DNA of 64,000 nt from Azolla caroliniana. Lineage: Eukaryota; Plantae; Polypodiophyta. Numbering within the stretch: position 1 is the stretch's first letter; the number at the start of each line of letters is the position of its first letter. This document shows positions 29,003 to 39,996 of the stretch, one piece after another. The DNA is taken from assembly GCA_043228905.1 (NCBI GenBank), contig JBHGNT010000021.1, positions 12,834,001-12,898,000 of the forward strand. Direction: 5' to 3'. The translations under genes and the position numbers were made by a program. Below the pieces are notes generated by a model. The model ran no database searches. It had not been told where the DNA came from and worked only from the letters and a program-made list of their open reading frames with translations.

Positions 29003-30695
29003 TAGCACCGTAGCACCATAAAAATAGTACCATAGCACCGTTGATCACCTTCTCACCCTTTGAGTATTAATGGAGGAAAGTCGCCTTAGAGGTTTATATT
29101 GTTGCTTTGTAGACTTCAAGAAAGCTTTTGATATGGTACCTCGTGAGCATCTTTGGAGGCGAATGGAAGAACTTGAGATGCCAAGTGAATATATGCTTGC
29201 AATTTCCCGAATTTATGAGAAGGTTATATTTTGTGTGCGTATGAGAGATAGACTTTCAGATTTTTTCAATAGCACTATTGGTGTTAAGCAAGGATGCCCA
29301 CTCTCACCAACACTATTTGGTCTATGCATTGATGAATTGGAAGAAATGGTTACCAAGTTTGTAAAGGAAGAATGTGTTGAAGAAGTTGCCATCGGGAATG
29401 TTGTGATTAGGCTTTTGCTATATGCAGATGATGTAGTGCTTTTTGCAAATACTTAAGGAGATGCACAAAAGCTTATGAAGGCATTGGATTTTTTTTGCAT
29501 GCACACTAAATTAAGTGTCAATAGCTCTAAAACAAAGATTATGCTTGTGAAGAGCCAAAAAAGAGATAAACCATGCATTATGTACAACAATGAGCCACTT
29601 GAATGTGTGGAAAGCTTCAATATCTTGGCCTTGAAGTTCCTTCAAATCATCGATGGAATGAATGTGCTACACACCGTTTAGAGGCGAGTAAGCGAGCATA
29701 TACTATGCATTTGAGAACACATTCAAACTTGGAGATATTAAGTGTTGGGTCCTCAAGGAATATCTTTTCCACACTTTGGTGACACTAGTTCTTCTCTATG
29801 GGATGGAAGTATGGGACGGTAGCATCCCTAAATCTATGTGGAAAGAGTTTGAAAATGTCCACAAACATTTTCTTACAAAGTTTCTACAAGTTAAGAAACA
29901 AATGCCCTACACCCTCCTCCTTGAGACATGATCGCTTCCCATTGAGATCATGGCCATGGAAAGGGTTGTTGAATACATGCTTAAGGTTAAAAAATGTCCC
30001 TCACATCAACTTCCTAGAATTGCATGGGAAGCCAGGCAAAAGATCCAAAAGACGCATAAAAGCAAAATTTTGTGTTCCGGTTGGATGCAAGATATAGAAA
30101 AATGGTTTGGTAGATGGGATGCCAAACACTTGCTTCATGATGCATCACTATATTCCTCGTTAAACAAGGCCTTTTTGCAACGCCAATGTATCATGACATG
30201 GGACAAATGTGGAGGCTCATGCTTCACACATTATACTACACATGTTGCACCTAACGACAAAACCATATTCTTCACGGAACGGGGAAACGATACACATCGA
30301 TACATGTTAGAGCCCATCTTCTTATCTGCCATTCGAACTATTGCTTCAATGCGACTTAGCTCACATGTATTGTGATGTGAGACGGGGCGTTGGGGCACAA
30401 GTGATGAGAGTGGCCGGCTATGCATACATTGCCCTAAATAACTTCGAGAATTTGAGTATCACACTTTAATACAATGCTCTGCCTTTGATCATATTTGACC
30501 ATGGTTTCCACATCTCTTCGACCGAGCCCAATCCTTGCCCGAATTTCTCTCACAACCATAATGTGTACTCTCGAGTGCAACATTCGTTGATAAAGTTCTT
30601 AAACATTGAGAATTGCTACTCACTTTCACACGTATCACGTGAAATGTAATATTTTTTGTCTCATAGGTCATATTTGACCTCTGAAGGAGATAATA

Positions 30696-30737
<42 letters not shown>

Positions 30738-32466
30738 TAGCACCGTAGCACCATAAAAATAGTACCATAGCACCGTTGATCACCTTCTCACCCTTTGAGT
30801 ATTAATGGAGGAAAGTCGCCTTAGAGGTTTATATTGTTGCTTTGTAGACTTCAAGAAAGCTTTTGATATGGTACCTCGTGAGCATCTTTGGAGGCGAATG
30901 GAAGAACTTGAGATGCCAAGTGAATATATGCTTGCAATTTCCCGAATTTATGAGAAGGTTATATTTTGTGTGCGTATGAGAGATAGACTTTCAGATTTTT
31001 TCAATAGCACTATTGGTGTTAAGCAAGGATGCCCACTCTCACCAACACTATTTGGTCTATGCATTGATGAATTGGAAGAAATGGTTACCAAGTTTGTAAA
31101 GGAAGAATGTGTTGAAGAAGTTGCCATCGGGAATGTTGTGATTAGGCTTTTGCTATATGCAGATGATGTAGTGCTTTTTGCAAATACTTAAGGAGATGCA
31201 CAAAAGCTTATGAAGGCATTGGATTTTTTTTGCATGCACACTAAATTAAGTGTCAATAGCTCTAAAACAAAGATTATGCTTGTGAAGAGCCAAAAAAGAG
31301 ATAAACCATGCATTATGTACAACAATGAGCCACTTGAATGTGTGGAAAGCTTCAATATCTTGGCCTTGAAGTTCCTTCAAATCATCGATGGAATGAATGT
31401 GCTACACACCGTTTAGAGGCGAGTAAGCGAGCATATACTATGCATTTGAGAACACATTCAAACTTGGAGATATTAAGTGTTGGGTCCTCAAGGAATATCT
31501 TTTCCACACTTTGGTGACACTAGTTCTTCTCTATGGGATGGAAGTATGGGACGGTAGCATCCCTAAATCTATGTGGAAAGAGTTTGAAAATGTCCACAAA
31601 CATTTTCTTACAAAGTTTCTACAAGTTAAGAAACAAATGCCCTACACCCTCCTCCTTGAGACATGATCGCTTCCCATTGAGATCATGGCCATGGAAAGGG
31701 TTGTTGAATACATGCTTAAGGTTAAAAAATGTCCCTCACATCAACTTCCTAGAATTGCATGGGAAGCCAGGCAAAAGATCCAAAAGACGCATAAAAGCAA
31801 AATTTTGTGTTCCGGTTGGATGCAAGATATAGAAAAATGGTTTGGTAGATGGGATGCCAAACACTTGCTTCATGATGCATCACTATATTCCTCGTTAAAC
31901 AAGGCCTTTTTGCAACGCCAATGTATCATGACATGGGACAAATGTGGAGGCTCATGCTTCACACATTATACTACACATGTTGCACCTAACGACAAAACCA
32001 TATTCTTCACGGAACGGGGAAACGATACACATCGATACATGTTAGAGCCCATCTTCTTATCTGCCATTCGAACTATTGCTTCAATGCGACTTAGCTCACA
32101 TGTATTGTGATGTGAGACGGGGCGTTGGGGCACAAGTGATGAGAGTGGCCGGCTATGCATACATTGCCCTAAATAACTTCGAGAATTTGAGTATCACACT
32201 TTAATACAATGCTCTGCGTTTGATCATATTCGACCATGCTTTCCACATCTCTTTGATCGAGCCTAATCCTTGGCCGAATTTCTCTCACAACCACAATGTG
32301 CACTCTCGAGTGCAACATTCATTGGTAAAATTCTTGAACATCGAGAGTCACTACTAACTTTCACAGGTATCACGTGAAATGTATATTTTTGGTCTCATTG
32401 GTCATATTTGACCTCTGAAGAGGATAATATAATATATATATATCTCTCTCTCTCTCTCTCTCTCTC
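17536..32466 (+). repeat. Tandem array (macrosatellite) of a ~1.75-kb 5'-truncated RTE/RTEX-like LINE: partial lead copy plus 8 units starting at 18525, 20278, 22029, 23778, 25527, 27264, 28999, 30734
   Basis: Near-identical ORF sets recur with a 1735-1755 bp period. RT motifs FVDFKKAFD, GVKQGCPLSPTLF and LLYADD are present, as is the C-terminal (L*)CETGRW...RLCIHC...EYHTLIQC zinc finger. Each unit ends in GGTCATATTTGACC...(TC)n and shares the same stops and frameshifts. Confidence 0.93.
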
Positions 32467-33319
32467 CTCGCCACACAACAATGTTCACATTGGTCCCCTG
32501 GTCTATGTTCGAGGAATTCCATCTTGTTCATCCCACCATGTTTCATTCTCTTTTGTGTGTGAAATTGTTTCAATGATTGGGTCATCATCATTTTATATTT
32601 TGTTTTTTTGGGGATTATGTCTTTTGTTTGAGCATTGCTCTTAGATTTCGATTAGTTTGGTTGATGGATTCATGATTGGTTTTGGAATCTCTATTTCTTG
32701 GTGGAAAGAACTAGTATGGATTGTGACATTGAAACACCCATAAAAGACAAAAGCAAAAAGAAAAACTACAAACAAAGAGAAGCCAAAAGGAATGTATTGG
32801 GGGGGGAAAGCAAGAAGCCATGGCCCATAAGATCAAGGAAAGCCCACTCATTATAGTATTAATTACAAACGTTATAATATTGGTGTAACTTCAAGACAAA
32901 AGGGCAGCTTGTTAGCTCATAAAGTTTATAACATCTCCAAATTAGTTTAGATAATTAAAACAAATATAGTCCTTTTGAGAGGAATCTATTCAACATTTGT
33001 TTAATGCACAATCATATTAGATATGTTGAAACATCTTTAGGTTTCTAGAGAAGGCATTGAAATACCCATTGCAGGTAGCATATCATACATGCTTGTAAAT
33101 GAACTTTTAAGGCAACTACCATGTCATGTACTCCTTAGGACATTTTGATAAGCATGTATTCTCTATGCCTTTTTACACACTTATATAATGTTGACAAAGT
33201 CATCCACTTGGCGGGTGGATTCACTAATCCTATAGGTAATAATTGAACTGCTTACTTTTGGTTTCATTATGTCGTTTCCATGAAATATATAGGCTAAAAG
33301 GAAAATTTGATTTAGTAGC

Positions 33320-33680
33320 TGTTGCAAGTGCCCATAGGACCTTCGTTTGTGTGAACAAGCACCACCAACCCTCTCATGCGTGTTCAACAAAAGAAGGAGG
33401 GAATTTAATATAGTATATGACTTAACCCTTAGGTTAATAACCTATCATATATAAGCTTTCTTAGGGTTTGTGTTAAGTAAACCCCCTAGCAAGTTTGTAT
33501 TGATATGTTCTCACTCAGGAGCACATGAGCTATAACACTTCTAGTATTGAAACTTATTATTGTAACCAAGCTAGCCTATTGAATACAATCTTTGTCTTCT
33601 AGCTTCTCCATTAGATGCTATGTTGTGATTAATTGGTTGAGCACTCCTTGTAATTTCCACAATTTACATGGTATCAAAAC
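33320..33680 (+). mobile_element. Possible old LTR plus decayed tRNA-iMet PBS
   Basis: ...TTTACA TGGTATCAAAAC at 33663-33680 resembles an LTR end (CA) followed by TGGTATCAGAGC. The left boundary is a guess. Confidence 0.3.
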
Positions 33681-34911
33681 ATTGCAATTCTACACTTGTA
33701 ACTGGACAAGATTTTTGTGGAGGAGATAAATATAGATTCAAGTATGATCAACAAGGTTCCATGGTTGCTCGACACATGCCACAAAGATGATAAGAAGTGG
33801 GAGTGAACTTTTGACGCAAAGTTCTCATTATATTAAGGATGTGTATTCTTCTCAAGTTCCACGTTTAATATAATATAATATTGGGTGGTATGGGACAACA
33901 ACTAGATTTTATGTTTGTCAAATAATCTTATGCCAACTAAAGATGGTGGAGCTTTGAGGAGTTTTTATACATCAATTACATTATTTCATTGGATATTTCA
34001 TGTTGATCCATCTCACGGTTCATTGTACAATTATTTATAATGTCTCTTGTGAGTAAGCTAGAAGGTTACTGTCTAATGACTTCATCGTCATATTGTAAAG
34101 AAACAACCCAATTTTTGGGACAACTTGGTTGACATCTTTAAATGATAGTTTCTACAACCACCTTCTTAAACTAAATGATGCAAAAACCTTGTGAGTTTTC
34201 CTATTAAGTAATTTCTCTCCCTTGAGCATTATCTACGTCACACTCAAAACACAAATTAAGAAATCTAGAGCCAAGGGAGAAATTTTGTTTTTTGCATGTC
34301 TCCTAAAATGTGTTTTAAATTGAGACTATCTTTGTATACTACATGATAAGTATCTTACTTTGGTATATGTACGTTTCCAAAAAGAATGTTTATGAACTTG
34401 AGTTATTAGGACTAAACGTAGGACTTGTCAAGGCTCAAAACCAAAAGAAATACTAGATTGAGAAAGGGAAATAAGGAAAGGTGATTTTGTAATAAACAAG
34501 AAAAATAAGAATTATAATATTACGTTGGCAATGGGATATAATCAGAATTATTTGATAACCTTGAAATCTACCCAATTTTAACAAGCATAACCATCATCGT
34601 AATTCCCTAACCCTAGGGTTATGTGTGGGCTTATTCCTAAGGAATGAAGGGTAAGGATTGAGTCAAAGCTCTAGCTTCATACATGTGTTCCTCCTCCTCC
34701 TTCAAACTGAAGGTACAATCCATGTCCAAACTCGATGATATGAGACATTGACAGGGGACTCAAATCTTTCTTTCACCTTCACTAGGATTGATTAGATATT
34801 TTTTTCCTTATTTTCTCTTTCGCTCTTGATAAATGTTTTTTTGTGTTTCCTTGCTTCTTTTTTGTTTCTTCTTAATCCTACAATAGCTAATGGAGTATGT
34901 TTTCTAGATCT

Positions 34912-35300
34912 AGGACCCAACAACTATAGAACTTTGGTACTGTCTCTTTCCGTTTTCGTTTTCTCTACTCGAATTCTGGTTGATGCCAAGTAATGGATGG
35001 TTTTGATGTGCCATGCCTCAACCTCCTCCACCAAAGTTCTATAATTGTTCTACCTTCAGCAATTGGTTCCTATTTGAGAGAGTGGTGGTTGTTGTGGTAG
35101 AATGGGGGGTAGGGTCTGGCAGTTTGCTCTAGATGGTACAAAGGGTGTTCAATGATTGGTCCTTGTTCGAACCTCTCCAGGACCCAACAACTATAGAACT
35201 TTGGTATTGCCTCTTTCCCTTTTCGTTTTCTCTACTCGAATTCTGGTTGATGCCAAGTAATGGATGGTTTCGATGTGTCACGCCTCAGTCTCCTCCATCA
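34912..35300 (+). repeat. ~120-bp dispersed direct duplication (34912-35032 and 35179-35300)
   Basis: AGGACCCAACAACTATAGAACTTTGGTA...TTCTGGTTGATGCCAAGTAATGGATGGTTT occurs twice, 267 bp apart, with a few substitutions. Confidence 0.85.
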
Positions 35301-35372
35301 ATCTCTTCATTCCCCCTCACCCATAGTTGAGCCTTATGGGTTGCCTTGTTTTCGACGAATAGACAATACCGT

Positions 35373-35638
35373 TGTCGTGAAGAAAACCGTCCCTAGGCGG
35401 AAACCGAGTTTAGCATGTGTAAACCGGCCCTTACACGCGAGCACACTTTTCGTTGTATAGTAAGTAGGTAGGTACAAGTCGGTTGAGGTGAAATCCTAGG
35501 TAGCACGCATTCAATAGGGAGAGAATCGAGTTGTATCTTTGTTCGAAAGAACAAAGAATTAATATGATGTAACGGATGATAACGGTCTCCCTCCTTGGGC
35601 TATAAAAGAGAGGGAGAGCCTGGGATGAAAAAGGTTGG
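35373..35638 (+). mobile_element. Element H: first part of the 5' LTR of the host Gypsy element
   Basis: Starts TGTCGTGAAGAAAACCGTCCCTAGG and is the reverse complement of the element A LTR termini for ~245 bp. Contains TATAAAA at ~35602. Confidence 0.8.
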
Positions 35639-36293
35639 CAGACACGGATGCACGTAGGAATCGCAGTCCAACAACACGGCAAAACGAGACGACTTGAAGT
35701 CCGAGTATATGAAAACGTATGTATATTAATATATGTATATATCGAGACGGTTACAACTAATAGGCCGGCAAGGCGAACACCGACGCTTGTTCACACACAC
35801 ACACAGAAGAGCGAGATGGGGACTTGGCCGAAAGCACACAAGCGTTCCACGGAGCAGAGTCGGCCTCCTGAAAACCTGCGCAAAAATGGCTATGGAGAGT
35901 GGCAGAGGAGAAGGGCTTGGTCCCAGTCTGGCAGCACTTCGTCCTCCCTAACGCGCGATACCTTTCCCCATTCCTCTCCCTCTCTTTTATAACCCAAGGA
36001 GGGAGGCCGTTATCATCCGTTACATCATATTAATTCTCTGTCCTTTCGGATAGAGATACACCTCGATTCTCTCCTTATTGAATGCATGCTACCTAGGATT
36101 TCCTCTCAGCCGACTTGTACCTACCTACTTACTATACAACGAAAAGTATGCTCGCGCATAAGGGCCGGTTTACACACGCTAAACTCGGTTTCCGCCTAGG
36201 GACGGTTTTCTTCACGACATCCGCCCCCACCTAACCGCGCATCCACCGGTATGCGCCAAAATCGGCTCTTGTTGGAGAAAACCGGTCCACGCT

Positions 36294-39200
36294 TTACTCC
36301 TCGTCTTCCGGTTCGTCATCCGCCTCGGACCGCCCGTCGCCGCTGTCCATGCTTCCCAAGTCCGGCACGCACTCATGTCGTTTCTTAAACGCTTTGACCC
36401 TCTTCCCCCCTACTGGTATTGCCATCCTCGTACCGTTGAGCTCCGCAAGATGGTCGGTCCCGTTGTTGTTGGCGCCTGACACCACGTAAGGCCTGAACCA
36501 CCTCCTTGCAAACTTCCGCGTTGCCCTGTGCTAGTTGTCGAGGCTGCTATCATACACTAGGACCCAGTCGCCTTCCTCGATTTTCTTCGGTCGCAGTCGG
36601 TGAGTCCGGTCAAACCGCCCTTTGTTCTTCAAGCTTGCCAACCGAAGCTTCTCCGCGGCTTGTTCCACGCCCTCCGGCCTTCGCTCGAACTGTCGAATCC
36701 GTGCCGCTAGCAGCTCCTCCCAGCTCATCTCATCTCTCCAGTCCACCATGGCCCATGAGGAGATGGTTCGCTCCGTTGGCATGATCGGCTTCTATCCGTA
36801 CATAAGCTCCGCCGGCATGAACCCGGTTACCGAACTGTGCGTAGTTCGGTCCGCCCACAAGGCATAAGGTAGCAGTTGCGGCCAGTTCCCGACTTGGCCT
36901 TCACACGCCCGTACTAGCGCTTTGACAATCGGCCTGTGTCCGCGCTCCACCTTCCCGTTAGCCTCCGGATTGTACGCTGTGGTGAGCGAGAGTTTGACCC
37001 CTAGTCGGTCAAACAGCTCTTTAGCCTCCGATCTCCGCTCCCGATCTATCCTACACTCCCATACCGACATATCACGTCGTCGATAAAAAACCGGCACACA
37101 GCCGTGGTCGTTTTGTTCTGTAGCGCTCGGCCTTCAACCTGGTTCGTCAGATCCTCTCGAGCCAACACCAAATACCGCATCTATCCTACCCCCATCGGCA
37201 TCGTCACCAAATCCACCATCCATTTGAAGTGGACGGTCGGAGGGTAGGTCGGGTGAAGCTCGTCCCGATGTCGGACTATGGAGTGCATCTGACAGCTTTC
37301 GCAAGTCGTCACGAACCGATGCACGTCCCGGTACAGTCCCGACCACCAGTACTTCCCCTTTAGCTTCTCAAACGTGGCCCATGTGCCGTGGTGTCCGGCC
37401 CAGGGACTCTCGTGGTAGGCCTCCAACAACTCCTCCTATTCCTCCTTCGCCACCACTCGGAGCGGGATGCCGTCCCTCTTCTTCAGGTGCTTCCATATGT
37501 ACCCGTCCCGAAGGAAGAATCGGTACACTTTCTTCCGTATCCGGTTGGTCTCTTCCTTTGTCCACGCCGCGTCCAGTGTCATTGTTTTCAGGAGCCCGCC
37601 GATCTGGAGCCACTCCCTGTCATACTTGCTCTTGTCGAATTCGTTAAGCGCCGTAGTGCTCGCCTTTCTGGTCGTCATGTATGCCGCCTCGAAGAAATCT
37701 ACGCCGACTTCCTTGTCCTTCGAAACCATGCCGTCCTCATTTTCGAACCTCACCCTTGAGAGCATGTCAGCCATGGCATTGTCTTTTCCGGAAATGTGTC
37801 GTATCTCCGGGTTTAGGGACTTGATGTACGCTATGCACCTGAGCATTGCCAGGTCCGGCGTCGCGCATCCGGAAACCATGCGGAGAATCGGCAGGCAGTT
37901 CGTCTCGATTATTACCTCTGTCCCGATAAAGTAGTCTTTATCGGCCTTCACCGCCGAAACGATACCCTAGAGTTCGCGTTTAACCTGGGCGTATCCTCGC
38001 TGTCGCTCACTGAGGACCTTTGTGCCGAACCGGATGGGGGACCTCGTGCCAACGTCATCCTCTTGATTGATCACCCACCCGATCCCGGTTGGGCTCGTGT
38101 CCACCGTCACGTAGATGGGGACGCCCTTGTCGTAAGCTGCTTTACGGAGACCTGGTGCTATCGTAAGCGCCTCCTTTAGTCTTCGGACCGACTCTGTGTG
38201 CTCCGCCCTCCACTCGAACCTACGCCCTTTCTTTAGTAGTCCGTAGAGTGGCTCCGCAACATGCGCATAGTGCGGAATCCAGATGTGGTAGAATGCGCAC
38301 GCCCCCAAGAATTTGCGAACCTCCGTAACCGACCTGCAATTGTCCTTCATCGCGGAGATGGCTTCTACCTTTGCCGGAGACGGTTTCTTACCGTAAGGCC
38401 CGCACAGGTGTCCGACCACCAAGATCACCGGCTGCCCGAACGTCGATTTTTCTTCGGAGAAGGTGAGTCATGCGCTCTCGAGCCTCTGGACCACCTTCTT
38501 GTAGTCGTTGATGTGGTTCACGAAGAACCTCCAGCATCCGTCCGGGCCGACAGTCTCGTCCACATCTCCCACTGGACACCCCTTTATCGGGATGTCGTCC
38601 AAGAATGGCATGGTGATGTCCGGGATGCAGTCCCTTAGCACTTTGTTCATTGCGTTCACCATATGCGCCACCGAGTTCATCCTGCCTTGTGGTAGGGTAC
38701 ACATCCGTACTAGGCCGAGAGGGGTTCGCATCATTGTGATATCCCTGCTCTCCACGGCTAGCTGGAACTGGTCGTACCCCGAGTATAAATCACCGACCGA
38801 ATAGATCGACCTCCCAGCGAAGGCCTCCGCGAACTCGTCTATGGTCGGTCTGATTCCTGCATTACGGATGGTCACCCTGTTAACCGGTTGCAGGTCCTGA
38901 ATGAAGTGCAACGTGCCGTTCTTCTTCGGCACTGTAAACCACTGATTCGAATATGGGTCACTCGACGGTTCAAGGATGCCCATCTCACCTTTTGCTTCAG
39001 AAGCTCCATCAACTTTGGGATGTGAGCTCTCGGCACCGGAATCGGATTGAGATTCCACGGTACATGCGGTACCGTGAAGATCACCATCGGTTCGACGATC
39101 GTCGGGTCTACGCACCCGATCTCCTCCGACGAGAACGCAAAGGCTTTCCCATGCCTTCCGAGCATTCTCCGAAACCTGTTCTCCTCCGTCGGCAGTAGAA

Positions 39201-39573
39201 AGCCACCCCCACCGACCTTGAGCTCCCGTAGCGTTATGTCGGTGAACCGGTGCCCTATGCCAGCCGGATTCCGTAAACTTGGGTCCGACGCGACCCCCTT
39301 TATCTGCTCCTCGCTGCCCTCCGGCAAGGGTGCCGCAACCGGCCTTACCTTCGGGTTCACAGTCTTGTACTTTGTACTCACATGAGCCGTCCGATCCGAC
39401 CCGATCCCTTCCCCGAAGTCCGCGATGAATTCATACATTCCCATTGAACCTACCGGAACGGTTCGGTCTTCTCTAAGGTCTTCACCGATCACCTTTCGCA
39501 ACTCGCCCAAGGTGTCGTCAAAAGAGACCGCCTCCACGGTGCCGCTGATCTCTTCGTCAGGGGAGAGGACTCC
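36294..39573 (-). pseudogene. Element A pol (RT-RNase H-integrase), multiply disrupted
   Basis: Fragments with DLYSGYDQ, TLPQG, PFLDDIPIKG (RT); VDTSPTGIG (RH); HESPWAGHHG...CESCQ, MVDL and YNPEANGKVERG (INT). Frameshifts and stops separate the ORFs. Confidence 0.85.
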
Positions 39574-39996
39574 TGTTGGCCGGTCAGAGAAGGCAAATGG
39601 GAAAGCAAGGTCGGATCGGATAAATATAGAAATAGGAATAGAATTATTAGGAGGGACGGATCCGGTAGTTGTAACCGATCCGGATCCGAACCGATTCAGT
39701 TTCGGTTAACGGTTGCCTACCGAGCACCGATTGTAATCTGGCCGGATGCCTATAAAAGGATCCGATGTTTTGTAATGAAAGCGCGAAGAATTAATATAGT
39801 TTTGCTTATGCTGATTAATCTTGTCTTCGTCTGTGCTTAAGTTTAATTATCATACGCGTGTATTAACATCCTATCCCTACCACCCCTTTGGAGAAGTGTC
39901 GGATAGACACCTGTGTTGAGGCTAGTCCAGCCATACATACAACACTATTTTGGCGACCACGATTCCTGCAGAGTGCAGAGGACAACCGGGGGATGG

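Noticed and set aside
17536-32466. CRISPR-like or multi-gene operon interpretation of the periodic region
   Set aside because: Units are 1.75-kb near-identical LINE fragments with no unique spacers, all carrying stops, in eukaryotic context.
39913-39996. ORF track start of Gag-Pol at 39913
   Set aside because: It is a GTG inside the LTR upstream of the PBS; ATG 39997 is the plausible start.
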